In this document: positions 17,154-27,370 of the stretch, in pieces
Layout of the letters: each line of letters begins with the position of its first letter
Numbering within the stretch: the first letter of the stretch is position 1
DNA from: a virus
Taxonomy: Duplodnaviria; Caudoviricetes
Length of the DNA stretch: 52,779 nucleotides
Virus record (IMG/VR): IMGVR_UViG_3300020020_000039
Location: 1-52,779 of that record
Strand: one strand, 5' to 3'
Program-made: the position numbers and the translations under genes
The notes under the pieces: model-generated
Told to the model about the DNA's origin: nothing
The model's input: only the letters and a program-made list of their open reading frames with translations
Database searches by the model: none

Positions 17154-17435
17154 ATGAGTAAGAAATATCTTGAATGTTATAAAGAGTGGATGGAGAAGGG
17201 TGAGATGCCAAAGAGAGGCTTATGTAATTCTTTGCCAGAAGAACTACGAGTACTGGTAGCGTTTGATTTGGTAAAGCCAACTGAGCATGATATGGATAAT
17301 TTAAGATCAGAGGGGTTATCTGGCTGGTTTTGGGCAAGCGGATTAAGTTGGGACGAACTATATAAAGACGTTCCATTTACACCCCTTCGCCAAACCATCC
17401 TGCTTCTATGTGCTGCTATGAACGATGAATTGTAG
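17154..17435 (+). CDS. Hypothetical protein
   Basis: ORF in accessory array. Confidence 0.7.
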   Translation: MSKKYLECYKEWMEKGEMPKRGLCNSLPEELRVLVAFDLVKPTEHDMDNLRSEGLSGWFWASGLSWDELYKDVPFTPLRQTILLLCAAMNDEL

Positions 17436-17470
17436 AAGCCATTCCTGAATACTTTTTTTAATAAAACGGT

Positions 17471-18031
17471 TTGAAGATGGGAAAGTTAAAATATAAAGAA
17501 GTGTTAGATAATTCGATTGCCAAATATCCTGAAATGAGAAGGTATTTCTGCAAGAGTTATCTATCAACGGCAAATAGAGAGTTTGCAAAACGTCATCCAA
17601 ATACTCCTGTTTCGGTTGAGCAATCCCAAGCTATCTATGATATTTATGAAGAACAATGGAGCGAATATTATGTATTGAGGCCGCAAAGAGAGAAGGAAAA
17701 CAAAAAGAAATGCGAGCCACTTTGGAACTATGGTAAATCATTACACATAGATGTATATGCTGCTTGCTGTCGCTTTATTGAGCATATCTACTGTAAAGAG
17801 TGGCAAGATCATTGGGACGGCAACAGGTACGCCAAAATTAGCTGTGGCGACATAATGAAAGAAAGGAATATAGAATTTCAGGATGGGCATATAATGGACA
17901 TGGGATTATTAGAAGATTTTAAGAAGTGGGTAAAAGAAAACAAAGGAACGAAATTAATCTTAGCATACCATAAGCCAACATATACAGACTATTCTCATTT
18001 GGCTTACAATGGAGTGACGGAAGATTTTTAA
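17471..18031 (+). CDS. Hypothetical protein
   Basis: ORF in accessory array. Confidence 0.7.
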   Translation: MKMGKLKYKEVLDNSIAKYPEMRRYFCKSYLSTANREFAKRHPNTPVSVEQSQAIYDIYEEQWSEYYVLRPQREKENKKKCEPLWNYGKSLHIDVYAACCRFIEHIYCKEWQDHWDGNRYAKISCGDIMKERNIEFQDGHIMDMGLLEDFKKWVKENKGTKLILAYHKPTYTDYSHLAYNGVTEDF

Positions 18032-18082
18032 ATTAACCCCCTTCCCCCTCACAAGAGAGGATAGAGATTAAAAAGAAAGAAG

Positions 18083-18322
18083 ATGAAACTATCAGCAAAA
18101 CAAAAAGAAGTTATTAATGGTATGGCAAATGGCAAAACTCTTAGATACAGCACAATAACGCAGCGGTACATATTAGCATCTAATGGATTTGCATCTACTA
18201 TTAAGCCAAATACCATTCATGCGCTCATATTTAGGAGACTTATAGATTGGCAAGAAGAAAGAACTGATTTTAGATTCAGGCATTATTCATTAACTGAACT
18301 TGGTAAAACTTTTTCTAAATGA
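18083..18322 (+). CDS. Hypothetical protein (winged-helix-like)
   Basis: MKLSAKQKEVI...YSLTELGK. Confidence 0.65.
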   Translation: MKLSAKQKEVINGMANGKTLRYSTITQRYILASNGFASTIKPNTIHALIFRRLIDWQEERTDFRFRHYSLTELGKTFSK

Positions 18323-18708
18323 CCACTCACACATTAAACGGAAGAGAAGTAATGCTGGTTGAAGTGCCGGAGGAGGTTAACGCCGATACGCTATTTGTAA
18401 CAAACGTACATGGCGATTGGGATTTAGTAGGCAAGAAAGACGGCAATCTTTTATGGCTTGCCTCTCTGCCAGCAAAAGACATTGAAGTAATTCTCGATAC
18501 AAAAGAAGCGCAAGTAAAAGATTATGAAAAAGTCGTTGAACGATGGTTTATGGGGTATAGAAATTATGAGTGCAGAGAAAAACCGGGAGACGAAAACTAT
18601 CATAAGTGGGTTGCTGCCATAAACTCCTTCCACTCCTTCCTTCGCTCAATAGGATTAGATACTAGTAAGAGATATATCATTTTACAACAAGGAAAAAGTA
18701 AAGTATGA
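18319..18708 (+). CDS. Hypothetical protein
   Basis: Overlapping start/stop with neighbours. Confidence 0.7.
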   Translation: MTTHTLNGREVMLVEVPEEVNADTLFVTNVHGDWDLVGKKDGNLLWLASLPAKDIEVILDTKEAQVKDYEKVVERWFMGYRNYECREKPGDENYHKWVAAINSFHSFLRSIGLDTSKRYIILQQGKSKV

Positions 18709-19124
18709 AACTATACATTTTTGACAGAGAAAAAGATGACATCCTAAAAGATGACGGCGAGAAAATATCCTTTAACTCAAATGAAGAAGTCTATACCTAT
18801 CTGTCTAAAGACTGTCAGTTTACCGATAGCTGGATTAAGGATAACTTTTACATTCTGCGATCTCAAAAAATACTATTAGTAGAGGATTTGAAAATACCAT
18901 ACTTAATAAACACCAACAATTTTAAAATAGGGGACAAGGTGTCGCACCCGGAAATTTATTTAGGTAACGAAGTGTTTGAAGTTGTTGGTATAAGAGAAAA
19001 TGAATTAGAACTGAAAGGCGATTGGTCAGGTGGCACTCATGCTGTTTGTCAAGTAGGATGGTTTAAAAAGGAAGGATGTTTTTTAGCTGATAGTAAACCC
19101 CCGATCAACGGCATGGCATTATAG
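18705..19124 (+). CDS. Hypothetical protein
   Basis: Overlapping start/stop with upstream gene. Confidence 0.7.
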   Translation: MKLYIFDREKDDILKDDGEKISFNSNEEVYTYLSKDCQFTDSWIKDNFYILRSQKILLVEDLKIPYLINTNNFKIGDKVSHPEIYLGNEVFEVVGIRENELELKGDWSGGTHAVCQVGWFKKEGCFLADSKPPINGMAL

Positions 19125-19168
19125 TAAGAGATACGTTTTAATTAGTCAAAATAAAAAATGAACGGTAT

Positions 19169-19609
19169 ATGAAAATTTATGTTGCAAGTAGTTGGAGAAA
19201 TCCATATCAGCCCGAAGTGGTTGAGGAATTAAGATCGCAAGGGCATGAAGTATATGACTTCAGAAATCCCCCCAACGGGTCAGGAGGTTTTGCATGGAGT
19301 GATATTGACCCCAATTGGGAGAGTTGGACAACAGAGCAGTATAATGAAGCATTAAAGCACCCGATTGCTATTGATGGCTTTAATTCTGATTTTGATGGCA
19401 TGAAGTGGGCGGATGCTTGTGTAATGGTTTTGCCATGCGGAAGATCAGCAAACACTGAAGCCGGATGGATGAAGGGTCACGGGAAATTGGTTTTTGTATT
19501 GTCGCCAATTAAGCAGGAACCCGAATTAATGTATAAAATTTATGATGGAGTATTTGGAAATGTAATTGATTTATGCAACCGGCTACTTCAATTAGAGGTA
19601 GTTGCTTAA
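19169..19609 (+). CDS. Nucleoside 2-deoxyribosyltransferase-like protein
   Basis: MKIYVASSWRN...ADACVMVLPCGRSANTEAGW. Confidence 0.7.
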   Translation: MKIYVASSWRNPYQPEVVEELRSQGHEVYDFRNPPNGSGGFAWSDIDPNWESWTTEQYNEALKHPIAIDGFNSDFDGMKWADACVMVLPCGRSANTEAGWMKGHGKLVFVLSPIKQEPELMYKIYDGVFGNVIDLCNRLLQLEVVA

Positions 19610-19761
19610 CTCACCCCACTAAATCAAAGGATATGATACAGCCAGCCAATGAGCAGATTGCAGCCTTAGTAGAAATCATTCAGAACTTACAATTAAGGGT
19701 TGCGGAATTGGAGAAGATAACCAAACATTTAAGACCGCTTTAAACTTCAAATAACTAATCT

Positions 19762-20232
19762 ATGAACATCCAACCAATAAAATACTACGACATAGAAACC
19801 AGTGGAAGCGGAGGGGAGCCAAAGCCAGCGCTATTTAGAGCGGTGAAAGCGAGTGAGCGATTGCCGGAGAAAGATTCAACCTATTATGTGGGATGGGTAG
19901 ATCAATTTCAAGACGGTGAGTATATCCAAATTATGGGAGCCTCCATGTATAATTCAGAGAAAAAAGAGTTTGATGAAATGGAAAATGGAATTGAAGGAGC
20001 GCAACCGGATTTTTGGCTTGAGCCAATAAATACCCAAAGCTACAAAGATGTGGCCGTACTTATCGCCCACGAATTTGCAGCCCAAGAGGAAGTAGAAAAA
20101 GCTACCGCAGGTATGAGGGAGAGGCTTAAAAAAGTACTTGACGATTACACAGATGAACGGAGCAATATAGTAAACGAGTTCCTGACTAACACGTTCGTAG
20201 ACGAACTCAAACATCTCTTAACCACTAAATAA
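19762..20232 (+). CDS. Hypothetical protein
   Basis: Contains KASERLP motif. Confidence 0.65.
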   Translation: MNIQPIKYYDIETSGSGGEPKPALFRAVKASERLPEKDSTYYVGWVDQFQDGEYIQIMGASMYNSEKKEFDEMENGIEGAQPDFWLEPINTQSYKDVAVLIAHEFAAQEEVEKATAGMRERLKKVLDDYTDERSNIVNEFLTNTFVDELKHLLTTK

Positions 20233-20239
20233 ATAATGT

Positions 20240-20623
20240 ATGGAAACGGTAGAGGGGAATAAAATAATTGCGGAGTTTATGGAATTGAAGTTTAAAGATC
20301 AAGACAAAATCTTTGTACGGAATGATAGATGGGGTAATGAGGAATTTAGGCCGTTTAACGAAACCGATTTACAGTATCACGAATCATGGTCATGGTTAAT
20401 GCCGGTAGTGGAGAAGATACAGAAACTAGGGTATAATGTTTATATCAGAATGCAGCCACCGCAAATAAAACTTTGCTTTACTGAAACTATTATTGATGAT
20501 AACGCAAATTCGCCTACTGTAATATGGGATGGAGAACTTGAGGCATCCGCAATAGAATCAGTATATAAAGCAGTCGTTCAATTCATCCAATACTATAACT
20601 CTCAAACCCCCAACAATGAATAA
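20240..20623 (+). CDS. Hypothetical phage protein
   Basis: NKIIAEFM...YHESWSWLMPVVEKI...YKAVVQFI. Confidence 0.75.
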   Translation: METVEGNKIIAEFMELKFKDQDKIFVRNDRWGNEEFRPFNETDLQYHESWSWLMPVVEKIQKLGYNVYIRMQPPQIKLCFTETIIDDNANSPTVIWDGELEASAIESVYKAVVQFIQYYNSQTPNNE

Positions 20624-20996
20624 CACCGAATTAAACAGGTTGATAGAGGAGATGGCAGATAGCTATTTAAAAGAAGCTGGCACTCACGATACCCCAAATA
20701 TAACTAGATACGATTTTGGCAGAGGCGCACTCGCAGCCCTCCAATCTGCTGAAATATTACAGGCAGCAGGATTAGTTAAACAGGAGTGGGTGAGGGTAGG
20801 GGATGATTACCCTAAACATAATCAGGCTGTATTGTGCATGAGAAAAAAGCAAGATTATGACGATCTATCATATCCTATTGTGTGTATTTATAAAGAAGGG
20901 AATAATTCATTTGTTGATTGTATGTACGTTATAGACGTCACCCATTGGATGCCACTACCCACCCCACCCGTAAACGATAAACCAATTAAAGATTGA
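20616..20996 (+). CDS. DUF551-like protein
   Basis: C-terminal VTHWMPLPTPP. Confidence 0.8.
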   Translation: MNNTELNRLIEEMADSYLKEAGTHDTPNITRYDFGRGALAALQSAEILQAAGLVKQEWVRVGDDYPKHNQAVLCMRKKQDYDDLSYPIVCIYKEGNNSFVDCMYVIDVTHWMPLPTPPVNDKPIKD

Positions 20997-21250
20997 TGTA
21001 TGAGTAATAAACCCGGATGGTTCTTTAAGTTTCTAAATTGGCAAGTTCCAGTATGGTCTGTAAGAGGCATATTAATTCTTATTGCAGTAATCGCCCTTGC
21101 CTGTTGGATAGCCTATCACATTTTAAACTACCCAGTAAAATGAATTATACTATACCACCGCACATACTAAAAATATGGGCTGAAATAAAACCAAGTGCTA
21201 GCGGAATGGCTAGGTAACCTTCCTACACAATAAAGTTAAATAGATAAGAT

Positions 21251-21514
21251 ATGACAAAGGAAGAAATGAAAGAGAAGCTATTCGATGTTTTGTATGAATC
21301 TAACGGGCATTGTGGCGGCGGCGGGAAGTGCGCTGATATTGCAGGCGAATACGCAAAGGCTCAAGCAATAGCGTTTGCGGAGTGGATGAGGGAGCAGGGG
21401 TGGCGACCAATATATATTGATTTGTGGGAAAAGCAAGACGATGAAGAAAAAACAGCAACCACCACCGAACTCTACACCCTCTTCCTTCAATCATTAACCA
21501 GTAAAGAAAAGTAA
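21251..21514 (+). CDS. Hypothetical protein
   Basis: AIAFAEW...TTTELYTLF. Confidence 0.7.
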   Translation: MTKEEMKEKLFDVLYESNGHCGGGGKCADIAGEYAKAQAIAFAEWMREQGWRPIYIDLWEKQDDEEKTATTTELYTLFLQSLTSKEK

Positions 21515-21515
21515 A

Positions 21516-21701
21516 ATGAATGGATTAGAAAAACTTGCTCTTGAAAAGTTGAGATGCGAATTAATTTCAGCTAACGACAGATGCCATGAATCAAACGCTG
21601 AAAGATTTCAGCACGAAAGAATATTTGTAAAAGGAGATATAGGACGGGCATTGGATATTGTAAAAGCTCTATTGGAAAATTACGAAACTCAAAAGCATTA
21701 A
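21516..21701 (+). CDS. Hypothetical protein
   Basis: ORF in array. Confidence 0.55.
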   Translation: MNGLEKLALEKLRCELISANDRCHESNAERFQHERIFVKGDIGRALDIVKALLENYETQKH

Positions 21702-22033
21702 CCACTAACACATCTACAAAATGACAGACCCAAAAGCACCGGCGTTTCCGGTAGAGCCAGATTTCGATAGTGAAGAAATAGAATTTACCCGTTGTTCTGG
21801 ATGCGATGGACACGATGCCTGTGAGGACTTTGGTTGTGCAATTGAAGCGGGGTTAGAACACTTGATTGAAAAAGATATTACAAAAGATTTCGATTGAAAT
21901 TCCCAACCCTCCCACCAAAGCAAGGAAACGGATGCTTTGTAGTACTGATTATACTTATCGCTTTGATTACATGGCCGTGGTGGATGTTTAAATTAGGAGA
22001 TGCTATTGCTGATATTATAAATAAAATAATGGA

Positions 22034-22351
22034 ATGAGTATGGAAAATAAGCTATCAGTTGAGGTAATGTATAACCAAAGCGACTACCAGCCCATCATGG
22101 GAGGGGACAGTAGTAATCCTTCATGGGAAGAATATCTAAGTCAATTCATGGATGAATTTAAGCCTCATGTTATTCTATTAAAAGAAAAAATCCAAAGTAG
22201 CGGGATGATTGGCATGACCGGCGAAGCTCAGGATAACATTTCTTTTAAATTCAGCGATGGAACACATTGGGGATTTTCATGGAGAGGGTGGGGCGATTTA
22301 ATGCAAGCCATTGTTGATAAAAAAGAAGGGTATATGGCTTATTATATGTAA
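22034..22351 (+). CDS. Hypothetical protein
   Basis: FSWRGWGDLMQA motif. Confidence 0.7.
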   Translation: MSMENKLSVEVMYNQSDYQPIMGGDSSNPSWEEYLSQFMDEFKPHVILLKEKIQSSGMIGMTGEAQDNISFKFSDGTHWGFSWRGWGDLMQAIVDKKEGYMAYYM

Positions 22352-22409
22352 TCAACCGCCGTGTAGAACAACGCCTAAACCAAATTAGTAACGAATTAAA
22401 AGGGAAGGG

Positions 22410-22664
22410 ATGAGCGAAAAAACATCTGTAATAATTCTGCTTTCAATGGATGCCGTATGGTTATTCATTTGTGTGCGAGCGCTAATCTTGCATATTAGGA
22501 GCAAAGAAAAGGAAGATAGTATAATAATAAATTTATGGATGGGAATAATAATCACACCTGTCGGGTTCATTCCGCTTGGACTTATTATCTCCCTGACGTT
22601 AATAATAGGCATTTGCTATTTAATACCCATGTATCTATTTTTTAAAGTAAATCAAACCAAATGA
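22410..22664 (+). CDS. Small membrane protein
   Basis: Two to three hydrophobic segments. Confidence 0.6.
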   Translation: MSEKTSVIILLSMDAVWLFICVRALILHIRSKEKEDSIIINLWMGIIITPVGFIPLGLIISLTLIIGICYLIPMYLFFKVNQTK

Positions 22665-22993
22665 AACAACTCTTAATTCTATTGCTTGTATGTGCGGGGT
22701 GTATTAGCTGCTCTCCATACACTTATATGGTTGGCTGCAATGAATACTGGGGAACAACTTTTGAGCATAGGATAGACCAACAGGGCAATGTTTGTATTTT
22801 TTATATCGGCAAGATAGAAACGCTTCAGCAAAAACCCGAGAGGAACATAGGTGACACGCTGCATCTTATCTTACTTCACCTTGAATATCGTGACGAGAAG
22901 AAACGCTTTGATAACATGATCGAAATTTATCAAGACATATTAAAGTCTGGTGATAAAACACCCCTTAATCATTTGTCATTTTCGAAATATTAG
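22661..22993 (+). CDS. Putative lipoprotein
   Basis: MKQLLILLLVCAG-C. Confidence 0.6.
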   Translation: MKQLLILLLVCAGCISCSPYTYMVGCNEYWGTTFEHRIDQQGNVCIFYIGKIETLQQKPERNIGDTLHLILLHLEYRDEKKRFDNMIEIYQDILKSGDKTPLNHLSFSKY

Positions 22994-23030
22994 TAGGCAA
23001 CACTCTGATTAGTAAACATAAATCTGAATT

Positions 23031-23246
23031 ATGAATGAGCAAAACAAAAGGATACTGGAACTCCTGGCGGAAGGTAGGGTAGCAAAGGAGATTGCGGCTG
23101 ACGTGGATCTCACAGTAGGAGCAACAGAGAAAAGAATTAAGCGAATGAAGTATTTGCACAACTGCAATTCAACAATTGAACTTGTGTTAAGATTTGTTAA
23201 AGGCGAATGTGTGTATATGGTAGTACGGAATCAGACCGCTGTATAA
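23031..23246 (+). CDS. LuxR-type HTH regulator (candidate late regulator)
   Basis: ILELLAEGRVAKEIAADVDLTVGATEKRIKRM; just before packaging genes. Confidence 0.8.
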   Translation: MNEQNKRILELLAEGRVAKEIAADVDLTVGATEKRIKRMKYLHNCNSTIELVLRFVKGECVYMVVRNQTAV

Positions 23247-23324
23247 CGCAAGTATGAATTAACTTTATCGTCGAAAGGTTAAGGCTTGTGAAAATGAATA
23301 GTGGAGAAAGAAATATCTTTTAAT

Positions 23325-23355
23325 GGCTAACTCATTTACTTGAGTTGGCCTTTTT
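23325..23355 (+). terminator. Terminator immediately upstream of terminase small subunit
   Basis: GGCTAACTCA/TGAGTTGGCC plus TTTTT. Confidence 0.75.
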
Positions 23356-23361
23356 GTTTTT

Positions 23362-23724
23362 ATGTACGACAGAGAGAAAGTTGAGGCGCAATGTCTCGAA
23401 GCAATAGAGAAAGAAGGAGTGGTGTTTTTTAACGAACTCGCTGAATTTGTAGCACCCGCAATGTCAACTCTCTACGAATGGGAGTTAGAAAAATCGGAGT
23501 CTCTTAAAAACGCTATCGAAAAGAATAGGGTAAAGGCCAAGAGAAAATTAAGGCGCAATTGGGTTAAAGACGATGCTGCTCCGGTTCTTCAGTTAGCAGC
23601 GTACAAGCTGATGGCAGACAAGACAGAGATAGATGCGCTGACAATGAACAGGCAAGACATTAACCACAGCGGAACAGGAATACAGGTAGTATTCAAACCC
23701 GCTGAGAACTATGAAACAAAGTGA
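23362..23724 (+). CDS. Terminase small subunit
   Basis: Position before TerL; HTH-like STLYEW. Confidence 0.75.
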   Translation: MYDREKVEAQCLEAIEKEGVVFFNELAEFVAPAMSTLYEWELEKSESLKNAIEKNRVKAKRKLRRNWVKDDAAPVLQLAAYKLMADKTEIDALTMNRQDINHSGTGIQVVFKPAENYETK

Positions 23725-24874
23725 GGTTCTTTATACAAACGTCTTTGAGAGAAACAGGAAAGCAATTGACTCTGGTAAATACCGGGCAATTTGCAATCAG
23801 GGTTCAACAAGATCAGGCAAGACGTATTCTTTAAGTCAGTTATTAGCTCTTTATATACCGTTCAGATCAAAGAAGTCAATCTCAATAGTCTCTCCTTCGT
23901 TACCTCACTTAAAACGAGGCGCAAGGCGGGACTTTTTAGAGATACTTGATAATGCAGGCGTTTACAGCGATGATGATTTCAATAAGACCGATAACGTGTA
24001 TCACTACAAGAACGGATCTTATGTGGAATTCTTCGGAGCTGAAGAACCTGGAAAAGTAAGAGGACCGGGAAGGGACATACTTTATATCAATGAGGCTAAC
24101 CTGCTTCCGTTCACTACTTACACACAGTTAGCTCTTAGAACAAAGGAACTGGTTATACTGGACTTTAACCCTGTTGATGAACTGAGTTGGGTTTACGATG
24201 TAGCAGATAAGGAAGGGAACATATTAATTCACTCGACCTACAAAGACAATCCTTTCCTTCCCAAAGAACAGATAGAGGAGATCGAGAACCTTCAGTATGC
24301 GGATGAGAATTTATGGAAGGTATTTGGACTAGGATTAAGAGGATCGAGTACGGAAATTATCTACACCCATTGGAAGATAAAAGAGTTTCCCGAAGATTGC
24401 GAGGTGTGTTACGGTGTTGACTTTGGCTATAACGTTCCATCCTCGATTATCAAGATAGGGTTTAAAGACGGAGCTTGTTATGTGGATGAGGCTCTTTACG
24501 AGACAAGACTAACGACAGGTGATTTGATCGAACGGATAAAAGATTTAGACATAAGGAAAAGCGATGAACTGTTTTGCGACAACGCAGAACCGAAAACGAT
24601 AGAAGAGATTTACAGGGCTGGCTATAACGCTAAACCAGCAGAGAAAGATGTTTATGCGGGAATTCAAAAGGTTAAAAGTATGCCTCTTTATTTCACTCAC
24701 AGGAGTGTTAACATAATCAAAGAGGCGAAAGGTTATAAATGGAAATTAGGCAAAGACGGTAAGATCCATCCGGATGAGGTTCCGGTAAAGTTTATGGATC
24801 ATGCGATGGACGCAATGCGGTACGGGATTTATACTAAGTTGAATCAACCATCATTAAGTTGGGTTGCAATGTGA
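23711..24874 (+). CDS. terL: Terminase large subunit (PBSX family)
   Basis: QGSTRSGKT, YINEAN, DFNP, GVDFGY, DHAMDAMRY. Confidence 0.95.
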   Translation: MKQSEVLYTNVFERNRKAIDSGKYRAICNQGSTRSGKTYSLSQLLALYIPFRSKKSISIVSPSLPHLKRGARRDFLEILDNAGVYSDDDFNKTDNVYHYKNGSYVEFFGAEEPGKVRGPGRDILYINEANLLPFTTYTQLALRTKELVILDFNPVDELSWVYDVADKEGNILIHSTYKDNPFLPKEQIEEIENLQYADENLWKVFGLGLRGSSTEIIYTHWKIKEFPEDCEVCYGVDFGYNVPSSIIKIGFKDGACYVDEALYETRLTTGDLIERIKDLDIRKSDELFCDNAEPKTIEEIYRAGYNAKPAEKDVYAGIQKVKSMPLYFTHRSVNIIKEAKGYKWKLGKDGKIHPDEVPVKFMDHAMDAMRYGIYTKLNQPSLSWVAM

Positions 24875-24884
24875 GTAAGAAAAA

Positions 24885-26375
24885 GTGAGTATGAGTGTAG
24901 CGAGTTGGTTAATGAGCAGGGTGAATTCTCTTTTGTTCCGCCGTTCACCGGTAGGGGTTAAGGGGGACTTCACTGTTGTTAATAACATCCCACCGGTTTA
25001 TCCGGATAGCGACCTTGACTCGTTTATTGACGATGGGTATGCAGGTAACGCTTCGGTCTTTTCAATAGTTTCATTTATAGCTCGGAAGTTCGCAAGTGTT
25101 CCCGTTTACGAGTTTAAAGTAAAGGACGAAAAGAGCAGTAAGAAATACAAGCACTACGGTAGTTCATTAACATCTCCCGGTGCAATTCAAAGAGCAAAAG
25201 TTCTACATACTAAGGCTTACCAGGAAATGGAAACTATTTCCGACCTCGGTAAATTATTAAAGCGCCCCAATCCTACAGAGGGCGCTGATTCATTTTGGGA
25301 AAAGATTTACAGTTATAAAAAGATATGTGGTGAGGCTTTTATCTGGCTTAACCGTGGCGATACTACAGGCAAAGACGATCTGACTATTGATGCAATGCCC
25401 ATCCTTGAGATGTATGTATTGCCAGCTAACAAAGTACAGATCATTCCGGACCCTGACGATTTATGGGGTGTTCATCACTACGTGCTAGAGGTAGGCGATT
25501 TAATCCCTATCAGAAAGAACGATATCATCCATTGGAAGAGCGTTAACCTACAGTTTCAGGGTAAGGACAACAGGACCCATTTAAGGGGCATGAGTCCACT
25601 CGAACCGGGGTTAAAAGTATTAATACAAGACGATGATTCTACGGATGCAGCGGTAGCGCAGTACCAGAACGGGGGAGCTAAAGCTGTAATATTCGAAAGG
25701 AATAAAACTTCGTTGACTCCAGAGCAGGCGGCTACTTTAAAAACAGTTGTTGACGGTAAGATAAATAACAAAGCTGTTAAAGCAAGTGTAGCAGCATTAC
25801 AAGGTGATTGGGGAATGCTCGATCTCGGACTCTCTTCTACTGACATGGAGTTATTAGAGGGCAGTAAGATAGCGTTTACACGTTTGTGTAATTTATTTGG
25901 TGTTCCTCCTGGTTTATTTCTTCCCGGTGAGACATACGAGAACCAACAATGGCAGATGAAGCAGTTAGTTACTAACCTAATCGTTCCTGATTGGTGTTCA
26001 CTACGAGACGAATTAAACAGGCAACTACTCCCCGCATTTAAGATAACTACTCAATCAACTATTGATATTGACTATACCGATTTACCTGAATTACAACAGG
26101 AGATTGGTAAGATGGTCGATGCTTTAATGAAAGCGTGGTGGTTTACTCCTAACCAGAGGTTAAAAATGATGAACGAGGAAGAGAGCCTTAACCCTCACAT
26201 GGATGAGGTTTGGATTCCTAATAACCTTGTAAGGATTGATGATGCGGCGGTGAATATGGATGAATTAGTTAATGATTTAAATACATCAGGATTCAATGAT
26301 TATTCTGGATCAGGTGGAAGTAATGGTAATGGAAAAGTACCCGCTAAGTCCGGGGGAAAAAAAGTGTCGGGTTGA
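24885..26375 (+). CDS. Portal protein (HK97-like)
   Basis: LLKRPNP, GEAFI, GMSPL, LCNLFGVPP, FTPNQ. Confidence 0.93.
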   Translation: MSMSVASWLMSRVNSLLFRRSPVGVKGDFTVVNNIPPVYPDSDLDSFIDDGYAGNASVFSIVSFIARKFASVPVYEFKVKDEKSSKKYKHYGSSLTSPGAIQRAKVLHTKAYQEMETISDLGKLLKRPNPTEGADSFWEKIYSYKKICGEAFIWLNRGDTTGKDDLTIDAMPILEMYVLPANKVQIIPDPDDLWGVHHYVLEVGDLIPIRKNDIIHWKSVNLQFQGKDNRTHLRGMSPLEPGLKVLIQDDDSTDAAVAQYQNGGAKAVIFERNKTSLTPEQAATLKTVVDGKINNKAVKASVAALQGDWGMLDLGLSSTDMELLEGSKIAFTRLCNLFGVPPGLFLPGETYENQQWQMKQLVTNLIVPDWCSLRDELNRQLLPAFKITTQSTIDIDYTDLPELQQEIGKMVDALMKAWWFTPNQRLKMMNEEESLNPHMDEVWIPNNLVRIDDAAVNMDELVNDLNTSGFNDYSGSGGSNGNGKVPAKSGGKKVSG

Positions 26376-26449
26376 GAGGGAGACAATGAACATGCTACGG
26401 CAGAACATGAGAAAGAGATTGTACGAACAGTATAAAGAAGAACAGAGAA

Positions 26450-27370
26450 TTGACGCAGGAAAACTACATACAGAATCAGCTAGCGGTGATGAACCGGATG
26501 CACAAGATGTACGAGGCTAAGATTTACCGTGCGCTGATGGGGCAGATTAACGACGCTATTGAACTAATTAAACAATGGGGCGAAGATGCTGCCGGCAGAA
26601 TTGATCGTGTTGCAATCAATGACGAGTTAAGTACTGTTATTCTTAACCTGTACAGATCAGCCGGAACGATCAACGCAAGGTTTATCTACGGAATAATTCA
26701 AAAACAGATACCAAAAGAGAAACAGTTTACCCCTGTATTTATCTATAAACGATTTGGATTTAACGAAAGGTGGACACAGATAGTAGAAGCCTATTTCAAT
26801 AAGTTCTTACTCGATAAAGCGGTTCTCCCCATCACTGAGACAACAAAGAAGTTCATCCTCCAGATTCTTAACAAAGGAATCGAGGAAGGATTAGGATATG
26901 AAGAGATCGCACGACAATTAAAAGAAAGCCCGATAACAAGACAACGTGCAAGGCTGATAGTAAGAACCGAATCAGCAAGAGCAACCAATTTCGGTGGTAT
27001 GATGGCTGCATGGGAGAGTGATTTCGAATGTGAAAAATTCTGGATAGAAGTAAAAGACAATCGGACGAGGTTAACACATAGGCATAGCACCGGAGTAGGC
27101 GGAGAGAAAGTAGACCTGTTGAGTAAATACTCAAACGGGTTAATGTTCCCCGGTGATCCGCAAGGAAGCGCTAAGGAAGTATGCAACTGTAGATGTACAC
27201 AAGGATTTAAATTAAAAAGAGATCAACGTGGGCGATTGATACCAAAACAATCTGTAAACCAAAGCGGAGGAATGAGCATTATTGAGGCGTTAAAGCCTTT
27301 ACAGATAGAGATTTTTATTAGTCTCTTGGCAAGTCAATTATTCACTCAAATAGAAGACAATGTTATATAA
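26450..27370 (+). CDS. Minor head protein (Mu gpF/SPP1 gp7-like)
   Basis: RARLIVRTE, KDNRTRLTH, FPGDP...CNCRC. Confidence 0.88.
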   Translation: MTQENYIQNQLAVMNRMHKMYEAKIYRALMGQINDAIELIKQWGEDAAGRIDRVAINDELSTVILNLYRSAGTINARFIYGIIQKQIPKEKQFTPVFIYKRFGFNERWTQIVEAYFNKFLLDKAVLPITETTKKFILQILNKGIEEGLGYEEIARQLKESPITRQRARLIVRTESARATNFGGMMAAWESDFECEKFWIEVKDNRTRLTHRHSTGVGGEKVDLLSKYSNGLMFPGDPQGSAKEVCNCRCTQGFKLKRDQRGRLIPKQSVNQSGGMSIIEALKPLQIEIFISLLASQLFTQIEDNVI

